From: Patescibacteria group bacterium
GTDB lineage: Bacteria > Patescibacteriota > Microgenomatia > UBA8517
Assembly (NCBI GenBank): GCA_041480845.1
Contig: JBGPAU010000003.1
Span: forward strand, 1-54,758
Direction: 5' to 3'
Length of the DNA: 54,758 bases
Below, in pieces: positions 38,081 through 46,463 of this stretch (position 1 is the stretch's first letter; each line of letters begins with the position of its first letter). The translations under genes and the position numbers were made by a program. The notes beneath the pieces are model-generated. The model made no database searches. It saw only the letters and a list, made by a program, of their open reading frames with translations, and was not told the origin of the DNA.

Positions 38081-39067
38081 ATGAACAAACTACTCGTTAT
38101 TTGCGGACCGACATCAACCGGTAAAACTACTTTGGCAGTTGCTCTTGCCAAAAAATTTAACGGGGAACTTATTTCTGCCGACTCGCGCCAGGTTTATAAG
38201 GGTATGGATATCGGAACGGGAAAGGATCTTCCAAAGGGTGCAAAAATAAAATTGCCGTGGTTTCAAAAATACGGCTACTATGAAATTAATGGCGTAAAAA
38301 TTTGGGGATACGATCTAGCCGATCCCCGTCATGAATTTAATGTTGGCCAATATATTAAATTTGCCGAACGGATAATTACAGATATCCGTAAAAGAGGAAA
38401 ATCTCCGATTTTGGTTGGGGGAACAGGTCTTTATATGAAAGGGGTAATTGATGGTATTCCTACAGCCTCAATTCCTAAAAATAATTTATTGAGAAAAACC
38501 CTTGAAAGAAGTACCCCGGAGGAACTTTTCGAGAAACTTGCTCAAATGGATTCCCTGAAAGCCGGGCAAATGAACGCATCCGACAAAAGAAATCCCCGGC
38601 GTCTGATCCGCGCAATCGAGGTAGCTATGTGGAAGATTAATAATATTAAAAAAGAGAAAGAAATGGAGGCAAAGAAAAAGGACCTTGAAGTTTTAATGAT
38701 CGGGTTAACCGCTCCGGAAAAGTTTATCTCCAGGAGGGTGGAGAAACGAGTTGCCCGGAGGGTGAAAGCGGGGATTAAAAAAGAAGTTCAAATCTTACTG
38801 AAAAAACATGTCACCTGGAAAATGCCCTCAATGTCTTCCATGGGTTATAGGCAATGGAAGGACTATTTTGACAATAAAAAGACCGAAGCGGAAGTTGTTA
38901 AGGTTTGGGAGGGTGAGGAAAAGAAGTATGTAAGGCGTCAAATGGTCTGGTTTAAGAAGGATAAAAGAATTCACTGGTTTGATATTACTGCCCCGGGTTA
39001 CCCCGAAAATGTGGAAAAATCGGTCGAAAAATGGTATTCTACGGGTAGCAATGTTGAAAAAAGTTGA
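38081..39067 (+). CDS. miaA: tRNA dimethylallyltransferase
   Basis: GPTSTGKT, SADSRQVYKGMDIGTGK, VGGTGLY, RRQMVWF. Confidence 0.97.
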   Translation: MNKLLVICGPTSTGKTTLAVALAKKFNGELISADSRQVYKGMDIGTGKDLPKGAKIKLPWFQKYGYYEINGVKIWGYDLADPRHEFNVGQYIKFAERIITDIRKRGKSPILVGGTGLYMKGVIDGIPTASIPKNNLLRKTLERSTPEELFEKLAQMDSLKAGQMNASDKRNPRRLIRAIEVAMWKINNIKKEKEMEAKKKDLEVLMIGLTAPEKFISRRVEKRVARRVKAGIKKEVQILLKKHVTWKMPSMSSMGYRQWKDYFDNKKTEAEVVKVWEGEEKKYVRRQMVWFKKDKRIHWFDITAPGYPENVEKSVEKWYSTGSNVEKS

Positions 39068-40028
39068 AATATCACATAGAACCATAATATTTGCGGTCTT
39101 TTTCCTTTTGGGACTTTGGTTTTTGTATTTCGTCCGCGATATCATTTTGCAGCTTTTTGTGGCCCTTCTCCTGATGACAATTCTCGAACCGATTGTGACC
39201 CTTCTAACCAGAATTAAAATCCCCAGAGCCATATCGGTTCTTATTACTTACATATTGGTGCTTGGGGTCATGGGTGGAATGGTCGCCCTTATTGCTCCGA
39301 CACTGGCGCAGCAGACAACAAATTTTGTAACCACTCTACCTTCTTACATGAACAATATAGGGGTTAATTCTGCCATTAGTGGAGATCTGGGCAAAGGACT
39401 TTTGTCTCAGCTTGGGGGAATTCCTGGAGAGATATTAAACTTTACGGTTTCGGTATTTTCCAACATTGTAGCTGTCGTAACTGTTTTGGTTTTTACTTTT
39501 TATATGCTTTTGACTCACGACAAACTTCATGACCAGGCGGGATTATTATTCGGGGAAAACAAAAAACTGCAAATAGGCAGGCTTATTAAGGCATGGGAGA
39601 ATAAACTCGGCAAGTGGGCCAGGGGACAACTTCTCCTGATGTTTGCTGTCGGACTTGGAACTTATATAGGACTTTTTCTGATCGGGATTCCCTTTGCCCT
39701 TCCTCTTGCGATCTTGGCGGGACTTTTGGAAATAATTCCGATATTAGGACCGATTGTTGCGGCGATTCCTGCGATTCTGATCGGATTTGGTATGTCACCC
39801 ATAATCGGACTCGGGGCGACCGCAGTTGAATTTTTGGTGCACCAACTTGAGGGTTACGTACTGGTGCCCAAAATTATGGAAAAATCGGTTGGGGTTTCTC
39901 CCCTTGTTGTTTTAATTTCTATCGCCATTGGAGCCAAGCTTTTAGGCATAATGGGTGTGATTATCTCGGTTCCCTTTGTAATAACTCTTCAGGTACTGAT
40001 TAAAGAGTACCTCATAGCCAAGGAATAA
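39051..40028 (+). CDS. AI-2E family transporter
   Basis: Polytopic; WARGQL, IPILGP, QLEGYVLVPKIM, G..GVIISVP. Confidence 0.9.
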   Translation: MLKKVEISHRTIIFAVFFLLGLWFLYFVRDIILQLFVALLLMTILEPIVTLLTRIKIPRAISVLITYILVLGVMGGMVALIAPTLAQQTTNFVTTLPSYMNNIGVNSAISGDLGKGLLSQLGGIPGEILNFTVSVFSNIVAVVTVLVFTFYMLLTHDKLHDQAGLLFGENKKLQIGRLIKAWENKLGKWARGQLLLMFAVGLGTYIGLFLIGIPFALPLAILAGLLEIIPILGPIVAAIPAILIGFGMSPIIGLGATAVEFLVHQLEGYVLVPKIMEKSVGVSPLVVLISIAIGAKLLGIMGVIISVPFVITLQVLIKEYLIAKE

Positions 40029-40060
40029 ATTTTTTCCTACAGTATGGTATAATGACCTCA

Positions 40061-40420
40061 CTCTGGAGAAAGGATGATCGCGCTCGCTTCGGCGAGTGAG
40101 GAAAGTCCAGGCAGCAGAAAGCAGGGTGCCGAGCGCAAGCTCGGGACAGGTTCAGGGTAACCTGAGCTTGGCCAGTACAGAGCCACAGAAACTATGTCGG
40201 TTCTTTTACCCTAAAGGTAGAAGAAAACGAGTGAAAAGGGGCAATCCTCCCCGCTGCAACCTCCGAACGGAACGTCAATAGACGCTTTCTCGACGATTCG
40301 AGGAATCGAGTCACGTTCCAAGGTCAGAGGGCAGGTTTGCATAAAGCAAACCGACGGCGTGTAAATGTCGTTAGACAGATGATCGTCTAGAAACAGAACC
40401 TGGCTTACTCTTTTCCAGAG
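40061..40420 (+). ncRNA. rnpB: RNase P RNA
   Basis: P1 ctctggagaa/ttttccagag, GAGGAAAGTCC, gccacagaaa, AACAGAACCTGGCTTA; TG-G-TATAAT promoter at 40045-40053. Confidence 0.96.
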
Positions 40421-40423
40421 TAC

Positions 40424-40451
40424 AAAAAGTCCCGCACAAGCGGGATTTTTT
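40424..40451 (+). terminator. Intrinsic terminator of rnpB
   Basis: agtcccgc-acaa-gcgggatt followed by a T-run. Confidence 0.75.
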
Positions 40452-40476
40452 GTTTCTAGAATAGCAAAGAGCAAGG

Positions 40477-40497
40477 TTCCCGAGTGAAACGAGGGGT
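40477..40497 (+). repeat. Family A-like variant
   Basis: ttcccgagtgaaacgaggggt resembles CC(T/C)GAG..(GT)CGA(A/G)GG. Confidence 0.45.
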
Positions 40498-40529
40498 TCT
40501 TACTAATCTTCAGAGTATTTGGACAAACC

Positions 40530-40549
40530 CCACCGCAAGGTGGTTTTTT
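40530..40549. terminator. Hairpin terminator between rnpB and the convergent orphan
   Basis: ccacc-gcaa-ggtgg followed by tttttt. Confidence 0.5.
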
Positions 40550-40565
40550 GATGGTTAAATATTAT

Positions 40566-40760
40566 CTATTTTTGTGAAGTCGTTTCGGCAACAACCCAGG
40601 TGGTGCCGGGGGTTAAATTAATACTTTTTCCGTAAGGACTATCTGCAGATACTGTAGCATAGGTAATACCGGCGTCTTTAAGATCTTTTACAAAATCCTC
40701 AAGTCTGTCGTTCGGTATGGCGGCGGAAATAAATGAACTGTGATCTTTCAAAACTTCCAT
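40566..40760 (-). CDS. Orphan small protein (64 aa)
   Basis: ATG 6 nt after a TTGACA-17-TAAAAT promoter (40795-40767). Confidence 0.7.
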   Translation of the reverse strand: MEVLKDHSSFISAAIPNDRLEDFVKDLKDAGITYATVSADSPYGKSINLTPGTTWVVAETTSQK

Positions 40761-40848
40761 GGGGGTATTTTATATTCAGGAATAGCTGATGTCAATTCTT
40801 CTTATTCTTTATATCATTATTTCGAAACATTATGATATTCTGAAATAT

Positions 40849-42378
40849 ATGCTTGCCAAGATTACTTCGGGAGCGGTAGTCGGACTGAAAGCAACCCTAA
40901 TTGATGTCGAAGTTGATATTGCCAGTCAAGGACTTCCCTCATTTACAATTGTTGGACTGCCCGATAAAGCAGTTGAGGAATCCAAAGAAAGAGTTAGATC
41001 AGCAATCAAAAATTCGGGCGCGGATTTTCCTATAAGTAGAATCACGGTTAACCTTGCTCCTGCTGATCTGCCCAAAATGGGGCCTGCATATGATCTGCCT
41101 ATGGCGCTTGGAATTTTAATTGCTTCGGGGCAAATTGCGCCGGATGTATCCTCTTCGCTATTTTTCGGCGAGCTTTCACTAGACGGAACCCTGCGGCATA
41201 CAAATGGAATTCTTTCGATGACCTACCTTGCCAAAGAAAAGAAATTCAGGCGGATTTTCATTCCAAAAATTAACGAAAAAGAAGCGGCGGTAGTTTCCGG
41301 AGTCGACGTTTATTCTATAGAATCCCTGCTTTCTCTTGTCAGATTTTTTGCCAAATCTATAGAAATTGCACCCGCGCCCAAAATTAATCTAAAAAGTCTG
41401 CTTGTTAAAAGCGATGCGGAATTTGATTTCTCGGAAGTTATCGGTCAGGAACAGGCAAAAAGGGCTCTCGAAATTGCTGCCGCGGGAAGCCACAATATTT
41501 TTCTTCGTGGGACTCCCGGTTCGGGTAAAACAATGCTGGCTCGGGCAATGCCGGGAATTTTACCGACTCTTACAGAGGATGAAGCACTTGAGGTTACCAA
41601 AATTTATTCGATTACGGGGAATTTGCCCGAAGGAGAAGCAATTGTAACCCAAAGACCATTCAGAAGTCCGCACCACACAACCAGTAGAATCGGCTTAATC
41701 GGAGGAGGGGGAAGTCCTATGCCCGGGGAAATTTCCTTAGCTCACCGCGGAGTTTTATTTTTGGATGAATTTCCGGAATTCCCCAGACATGTTTTGGAAT
41801 CGCTCCGTCAGCCCATGGAAGACGGGGTTGTCACAATTTCCCGGGCCAAAGGTTCGGTCACATACCCCGCCCAGTTTTTATTGGTTGCAGCCAGTAATCC
41901 CTGCCCATGCGGGTACTTTGGGGACACAAAGCGTCCCTGCACCTGTCTGCCCGGGCTAATAACCCGATATCAAAAAAGGATTTCGGGTCCGATTCTGGAC
42001 AGGATTGATATTCATATTGATGTTCCCTCTGTGGAAACTCAAAAGTTGGTTAACGATAATAAGGAAGAAAGAGAAACCTCCAAAGTAATACAAAAAAGGG
42101 TTCAGAAAGCCCGTGAATTTCAATTAAAAAGATTTAAAGGAACGCGTATTAAGTCAAATTCGGAAATGTCCACCCGCGATATTAAAAAATACTGCGGAAT
42201 CAATGAAGACTCCCGAGCAATTATGACCAGCGCGCTTTCCACCATGAATCTTTCCGCCAGAGGTTATTTTAAAGTGATTAAAATTGCCCGTACTATTGCA
42301 GATTTAGCGGGAGAAACAAAAATCTCTTCAATCCATATCGCAGAGGCATTACAATACCGACCAAAACTCGATAATTAA
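40849..42378 (+). CDS. yifB: YifB/ComM Mg-chelatase-like AAA+ ATPase
   Basis: IVGLPDKAVEESKERVRSA, GTPGSGKT, SLAHRGVLFLDE, NPCPCG, ISGPILDRID. Confidence 0.95.
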   Translation: MLAKITSGAVVGLKATLIDVEVDIASQGLPSFTIVGLPDKAVEESKERVRSAIKNSGADFPISRITVNLAPADLPKMGPAYDLPMALGILIASGQIAPDVSSSLFFGELSLDGTLRHTNGILSMTYLAKEKKFRRIFIPKINEKEAAVVSGVDVYSIESLLSLVRFFAKSIEIAPAPKINLKSLLVKSDAEFDFSEVIGQEQAKRALEIAAAGSHNIFLRGTPGSGKTMLARAMPGILPTLTEDEALEVTKIYSITGNLPEGEAIVTQRPFRSPHHTTSRIGLIGGGGSPMPGEISLAHRGVLFLDEFPEFPRHVLESLRQPMEDGVVTISRAKGSVTYPAQFLLVAASNPCPCGYFGDTKRPCTCLPGLITRYQKRISGPILDRIDIHIDVPSVETQKLVNDNKEERETSKVIQKRVQKAREFQLKRFKGTRIKSNSEMSTRDIKKYCGINEDSRAIMTSALSTMNLSARGYFKVIKIARTIADLAGETKISSIHIAEALQYRPKLDN

Positions 42379-42387
42379 ATAAATTTA

Positions 42388-42407
42388 TCCTGAGCAACGT
42401 CGAGGGA
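42388..42407 (+). repeat. Family A repeat variant
   Basis: tcctgagcaacgtcgaggga. Confidence 0.7.
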
Positions 42408-42451
42408 CTTCAGTATCGGCCAAAATCTGACGATTAGTGTATGATAATCCC

Positions 42452-42904
42452 ATGAGACTTGTTGTACAAAGAGTTGAAAAAGCGAAGGTCCAACGGCTGT
42501 CTCAGGATAAATCGTGGGAAACTGTCGGGGAAATTGGCAAAGGACTTTTTGTTTTGGTTGGAATGAAAAAAGAGGATTCCGAGAAAGATGTTGAGATACT
42601 TGCCCAAAAGCTGTCCAAGCTTCGTGTAATGAGTGATAAGACCGGCAAAATGAATTTGTCAGTTAATGAGGTCGGAGGCAGCATTCTGGTCGTTTCCCAG
42701 TTCACACTTCATGCGGATACATCCGGAGGCAATAGACCCAGTTTTATAAATGCTGAGGAACCAAAGCGGGCAAAAGAACTTTATGAATTTTTCGTCAAGA
42801 AGCTGAAAGAAAATGGTATTAAAGTCGAAACCGGAAGTTTTGGTGATTATATGAAAATTGAAACAGTACTCGACGGCCCGGTCACGATTATTTATTCCGA
42901 ATAA
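42452..42904 (+). CDS. dtd: D-aminoacyl-tRNA deacylase
   Basis: MRLVVQRV, VSQFTL, GNRPSF, DGPVTI. Confidence 0.96.
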   Translation: MRLVVQRVEKAKVQRLSQDKSWETVGEIGKGLFVLVGMKKEDSEKDVEILAQKLSKLRVMSDKTGKMNLSVNEVGGSILVVSQFTLHADTSGGNRPSFINAEEPKRAKELYEFFVKKLKENGIKVETGSFGDYMKIETVLDGPVTIIYSE

Positions 42905-42910
42905 TATGGC

Positions 42911-43513
42911 CTAGATTAGTTTTTCTTCCTTTAAAAACTCCTCCAACTTTTTCTTTGAGGTAAACCGGCGGCCGATTGAAACAAACAATCGGTTCATATC
43001 CGGCCAATATTTTTTGGGCAAGATTTTAATTAATTCTTTTTCAGTTTGTTCCGGAGCTTTTGTATTAACCCAGCCGAGGAGATTGCTGATTCTATGAACG
43101 TGAGTATCCACTGCAATTGCAGGAATACCAAAAGCTCGGTTAAGAACCAGGTTTGCGGTTTTCCTGCCAACTCCGGGCAAACTGACAAGGTCGGACCTTG
43201 TCATAGGCACTTTCCCATCATATTTTGCAAGGACAGTCCTTGCAAGATCATGCAAATGTTTGGCTTTGGTTTTGTAGAATCCAACCGGATAAATTGTCTT
43301 CTCAAGTATCGGGGTCGCGAGTCGACTTAGTATCTTTATGTTTGGAGCAATAGCGAACAAACGCTTTGATGCCTGAAGTGTTACTTCGTCCTTGGTTCTA
43401 GCCGAAAGGAGCGTCGAAACTAGGGTTTTATAGGGATCGGATCCGAAAATCTCAAGAGGAATCGGAACGTAGTGTTTTTTGAATACTTTGAATACCTTGG
43501 AGTAATTTTTCAT
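42911..43513 (-). CDS. nth: Endonuclease III-like HhH-GPD glycosylase without Fe-S motif
   Basis: LLSARTKD, LPGVGRKTANLVL, AVDTHVHR; no C-terminal Cys cluster. Confidence 0.9.
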   Translation of the reverse strand: MKNYSKVFKVFKKHYVPIPLEIFGSDPYKTLVSTLLSARTKDEVTLQASKRLFAIAPNIKILSRLATPILEKTIYPVGFYKTKAKHLHDLARTVLAKYDGKVPMTRSDLVSLPGVGRKTANLVLNRAFGIPAIAVDTHVHRISNLLGWVNTKAPEQTEKELIKILPKKYWPDMNRLFVSIGRRFTSKKKLEEFLKEEKLI

Positions 43514-43528
43514 CTTTCTCGGGGAACA

Positions 43529-43561
43529 CAAAAGGGCCCGCCTCAGGCGGAGACCCCTTTG
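43529..43561 (-). terminator. Intrinsic terminator after the small Zn-ribbon gene
   Basis: Minus strand aaaggggtctccgcc-tga-ggcgggcccttttgtgtt. Confidence 0.55.
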
Positions 43562-43584
43562 TTTAAGTGAACAAAATCAAAAGC

Positions 43585-43725
43585 TTATTTTGTGCCTCCG
43601 ATTTTGAACATTGTTGTGCCACAAACTTCACAAATAGCCTTTGTAGCTTTCTTACCATTCTTCATGGTAACTTCTTGTGCACTCTTTCCCTCTCTCTTAG
43701 CGCGGCACTTTACACAATACATCAT
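43585..43725 (-). CDS. 46-aa zinc-ribbon protein, DUF5679-like (not in the ORF track)
   Basis: MMYCVKCRAKREGKSAQEVTMKNGKKATKAICEVCGTTMFKIGGTK; SD GGAGGTGA 6 nt upstream. Confidence 0.88.
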   Translation of the reverse strand: MMYCVKCRAKREGKSAQEVTMKNGKKATKAICEVCGTTMFKIGGTK

Positions 43726-43744
43726 TAATATTCACCTCCAGTCC

Positions 43745-44032
43745 TTAGGACAGAACAAATTTTCTCCAGGCTAAGTATACCACCAGCTCCAGGATTAGGA
43801 TGAAGCCAATCAGGATCAGGCTCCTAATAATGCTTTTTTTGGTACCCACGGCTGGTGCACCTTGTGCCATAGATACGGCCTTTTCCCCGTGCCTGGTCGT
43901 GGCTGGGACAGCAATTTTACCCGAATTCGATTCCCTCTTGACACGTGCCTGAGATTGGTCTTTTGGTTGCCAAGAAACCAAAAAGCCGTAATGCGGATTT
44001 TCCTTATTTTTGCGTGTTCTCTGTATTGCCAT
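43745..44032 (-). CDS. Hypothetical protein with C-terminal TM helix
   Basis: 95 aa; AAGGAGGT upstream; hydrophobic C-terminus. Confidence 0.7.
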   Translation of the reverse strand: MAIQRTRKNKENPHYGFLVSWQPKDQSQARVKRESNSGKIAVPATTRHGEKAVSMAQGAPAVGTKKSIIRSLILIGFILILELVVYLAWRKFVLS

Positions 44033-44099
44033 AGCCCAAATCTACCTCCTTGACTTAGCCTTTTCAAGATGTAAAAATGACGGAGCCTGCCAAAACCGG

Positions 44100-44558
44100 A
44101 TGCAAAATTTAGCATATTTTATTTTAATATTCTTCGGTGTTTGGCTTTTAACGCTAAGTTTTTTTCTGTACCGCTACATTGCCCTTTTTAATAAGCTCAC
44201 CAAGGGAGTGGAAGTAACCGATCTTAAAAAAGTTTTGGAAAAGATATTGACGAGGGGCGAGGCTAATACCGATGAGATAAAAATCTTAGGGAAAAGAGCC
44301 GACATCATTGAGGAAGACGGAAAGTTCCACATTCAAAAAATTGGTCTTATTCGGTTTAATCCGTTTAAAGAGCTTGGAGGGGATCACAGCTTTAGCATGG
44401 CGATTCTTGACTCGCACGACTCGGGAATTATTATCACGAGTTTACATACGAGAGATAGAACCAGAGTTTATATGAAGGACGTTAAAAAAGGGAAGAGCGG
44501 ATTTGAACTTTCGTCGGAAGAAAAGAAAGCGCTTACCAATGCTCAAAGAAATAGATAA
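44100..44558 (+). CDS. DUF4446-like membrane-anchored protein
   Basis: N-terminal TM, QKIGLIRFNPF..GGDHSFS, LSSEEKKAL. Confidence 0.8.
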   Translation: MQNLAYFILIFFGVWLLTLSFFLYRYIALFNKLTKGVEVTDLKKVLEKILTRGEANTDEIKILGKRADIIEEDGKFHIQKIGLIRFNPFKELGGDHSFSMAILDSHDSGIIITSLHTRDRTRVYMKDVKKGKSGFELSSEEKKALTNAQRNR

Positions 44559-44577
44559 TGGTACAATGAAATATTGT

Positions 44578-45816
44578 ATGAAAAAATTTAATTTTAAGGG
44601 GCTACTCGGAAGCAAAAAATTTGTAATAATTGCGAGTTTCGTCGGACTTTTTTTAATTTCTGTAGGGCTTTCAATGATTGTCTTTTATTTTGTCAATCCC
44701 AAAGGAGCTTCGGGAATAATTTCCAAAGTTAACCAAAAGACAAAAATAAATTTGAATCTTCCCAAAACCGAAGAATGTCCGATTAATGGCGCGAAATTTA
44801 CCAAAGTGGAAAGTGATACTTGGAACACACGCCGCCCTATCGCCATGATGATCGAAAATCACGTTGAAGCAAGACCGGAATCGGGGCTTTCCAGAGCGGA
44901 TGTTATATATGAAGCCGTAGCCGAAGGTGGAATAACAAGGTTTGTGGGGGTATTTTACTGTGGTGCGGCGGCGGAGGACGTCCAGGCAGCCCCCCTAAGA
45001 AGCGCCAGGGTTTATTTTATAAATCTTGCGGCAGGATATGGCAAGGATCCGATCTATCTTCATCAGGGCGAGGCAAATAACATTTGCAGCGATTGTCCGG
45101 GCGGAGTCAAACCCAGGGCTCAAATTGACCCAACGGTTAATGCATTGCCTCTTTTTGAAAAATTGGGTTGGCAGGGGGGACCAATGGGAAATAATTTTGA
45201 CGGAGGATATAATATCGGTTTTCCAATTGTGGTTCGTGATCAGTATCGTTTAGGAAGCACTCCCTCAGCTTGGGAGCATGCGGTTGTAGCTGATCTTGAT
45301 TTGGTTTGGGCGGAAGCAGCAAAACGCAATTTTGGTTACAAGGACGTAAGTGGTGTGCCTTGGACTCAAGGGTTTAGGAAATGGTTATTCCAGGATGGCA
45401 AAGCGACAACTTCTCCGGTTGCCTCGGATATTAAATTCAATTTTTGGGAAAGCATGCCGGGTTATGATGTTGAGTGGAAGTATGATTCCACCACAAATTC
45501 ATACAGCAGATTCAGTAACGGTGTTGCTCATACAGATTGGGAGTTTGAAAAACCCCAGCTTTCTGCCAAAAACGTAGTCATCATGTTTGCGGTGGAAAAG
45601 GGCCCCTTGGATACAGAACATCACATGTTTTACCAAGTGACAGGAACAGGTAAAACGCTGGTTTTTCAAAACGGCCAGGCAATTGCCGGAACGTGGCAAA
45701 AGGCTTCGGCGCTTGACAGGGAAGTTTTTTATGATACAAATGGGGTAGAGATACAGATGGTTCGTGGTGTTACTTGGGTTGAGGTGGTCCCTGCTCAAAA
45801 TAAAGTTACTTATTAA
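44578..45816 (+). CDS. DUF3048-like membrane-anchored extracytoplasmic protein
   Basis: TM helix, RPIAMMIENH..ARPESGL..AD..YE...EGGITR, RSAR. Confidence 0.85.
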   Translation: MKKFNFKGLLGSKKFVIIASFVGLFLISVGLSMIVFYFVNPKGASGIISKVNQKTKINLNLPKTEECPINGAKFTKVESDTWNTRRPIAMMIENHVEARPESGLSRADVIYEAVAEGGITRFVGVFYCGAAAEDVQAAPLRSARVYFINLAAGYGKDPIYLHQGEANNICSDCPGGVKPRAQIDPTVNALPLFEKLGWQGGPMGNNFDGGYNIGFPIVVRDQYRLGSTPSAWEHAVVADLDLVWAEAAKRNFGYKDVSGVPWTQGFRKWLFQDGKATTSPVASDIKFNFWESMPGYDVEWKYDSTTNSYSRFSNGVAHTDWEFEKPQLSAKNVVIMFAVEKGPLDTEHHMFYQVTGTGKTLVFQNGQAIAGTWQKASALDREVFYDTNGVEIQMVRGVTWVEVVPAQNKVTY

Positions 45817-45832
45817 ACTGCTCCAAAAATAG

Positions 45833-46417
45833 ATGGCCAATTTGGGTGACATTATTACTTCCAAAGTCAGAATTAAAATCTTGGAGCTTTTTTTCTCCAA
45901 CCTGAAGGAGATTTATCATGTCAGAGGGATTGTAAGAGAGATTGGTGAAGAAATTAATGCGGTAAGAAGAGAACTTGCCAAACTTGAAAGCGACGGAGTT
46001 TTAAGAAAAGAGCCCAGAGGAAACCGGATTTATTATTCGGTGAGGCCCGAGTATTCGCTTTTCGGGGACCTGATTTCGATTGTTGCCAAAACCAAAGGTT
46101 TGGGGGCTTCCATTATCGAAAACCGCAATAAGATCGGAAAAGTTTCGTTTGTTATGTTTTCCGGAAAACTTGTGCAGGGTAAAGACCGCAAAAGCGAGGA
46201 TGACGTTGATATTTTGGTGGTCGGGGAAGTGGTTTTGCCGGAGTTGGCATCAATAATAAGAACCGAAGAGAGTAAGCGCGGACGGGAAATTAATTATACG
46301 GTTATGGGCAGAGACGAATTTGATTTTAGAAAGAAAAGAAGAGACCCGTTCTTACTGGGAATTTTATCTGGCAGCAGGTTTATGATTATCGGAAACGAAG
46401 AAGATCTGGTAAATTAA
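45833..46417 (+). CDS. wHTH plus minimal nucleotidyltransferase-like domain regulator
   Basis: N-terminal wHTH (VRRELAKLE..G.L...GNRIYY), C-terminal DVDILVVG and GREINY. Confidence 0.75.
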   Translation: MANLGDIITSKVRIKILELFFSNLKEIYHVRGIVREIGEEINAVRRELAKLESDGVLRKEPRGNRIYYSVRPEYSLFGDLISIVAKTKGLGASIIENRNKIGKVSFVMFSGKLVQGKDRKSEDDVDILVVGEVVLPELASIIRTEESKRGREINYTVMGRDEFDFRKKRRDPFLLGILSGSRFMIIGNEEDLVN

Positions 46418-46463
46418 TTTCCAAAATCTGCTTCAATTGTGGTATGCTTCAAAGGTAAATTCT

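Noticed and set aside
40165-40184. agcttggccagtacagagcc in RNase P RNA resembles family B (agcttggccagt-cagagcc)
   Set aside because: The bases are accounted for by the P9 helix and the conserved run into gccacagaaa. Treated as probable coincidence, though a genome-wide family B alignment could revive it.
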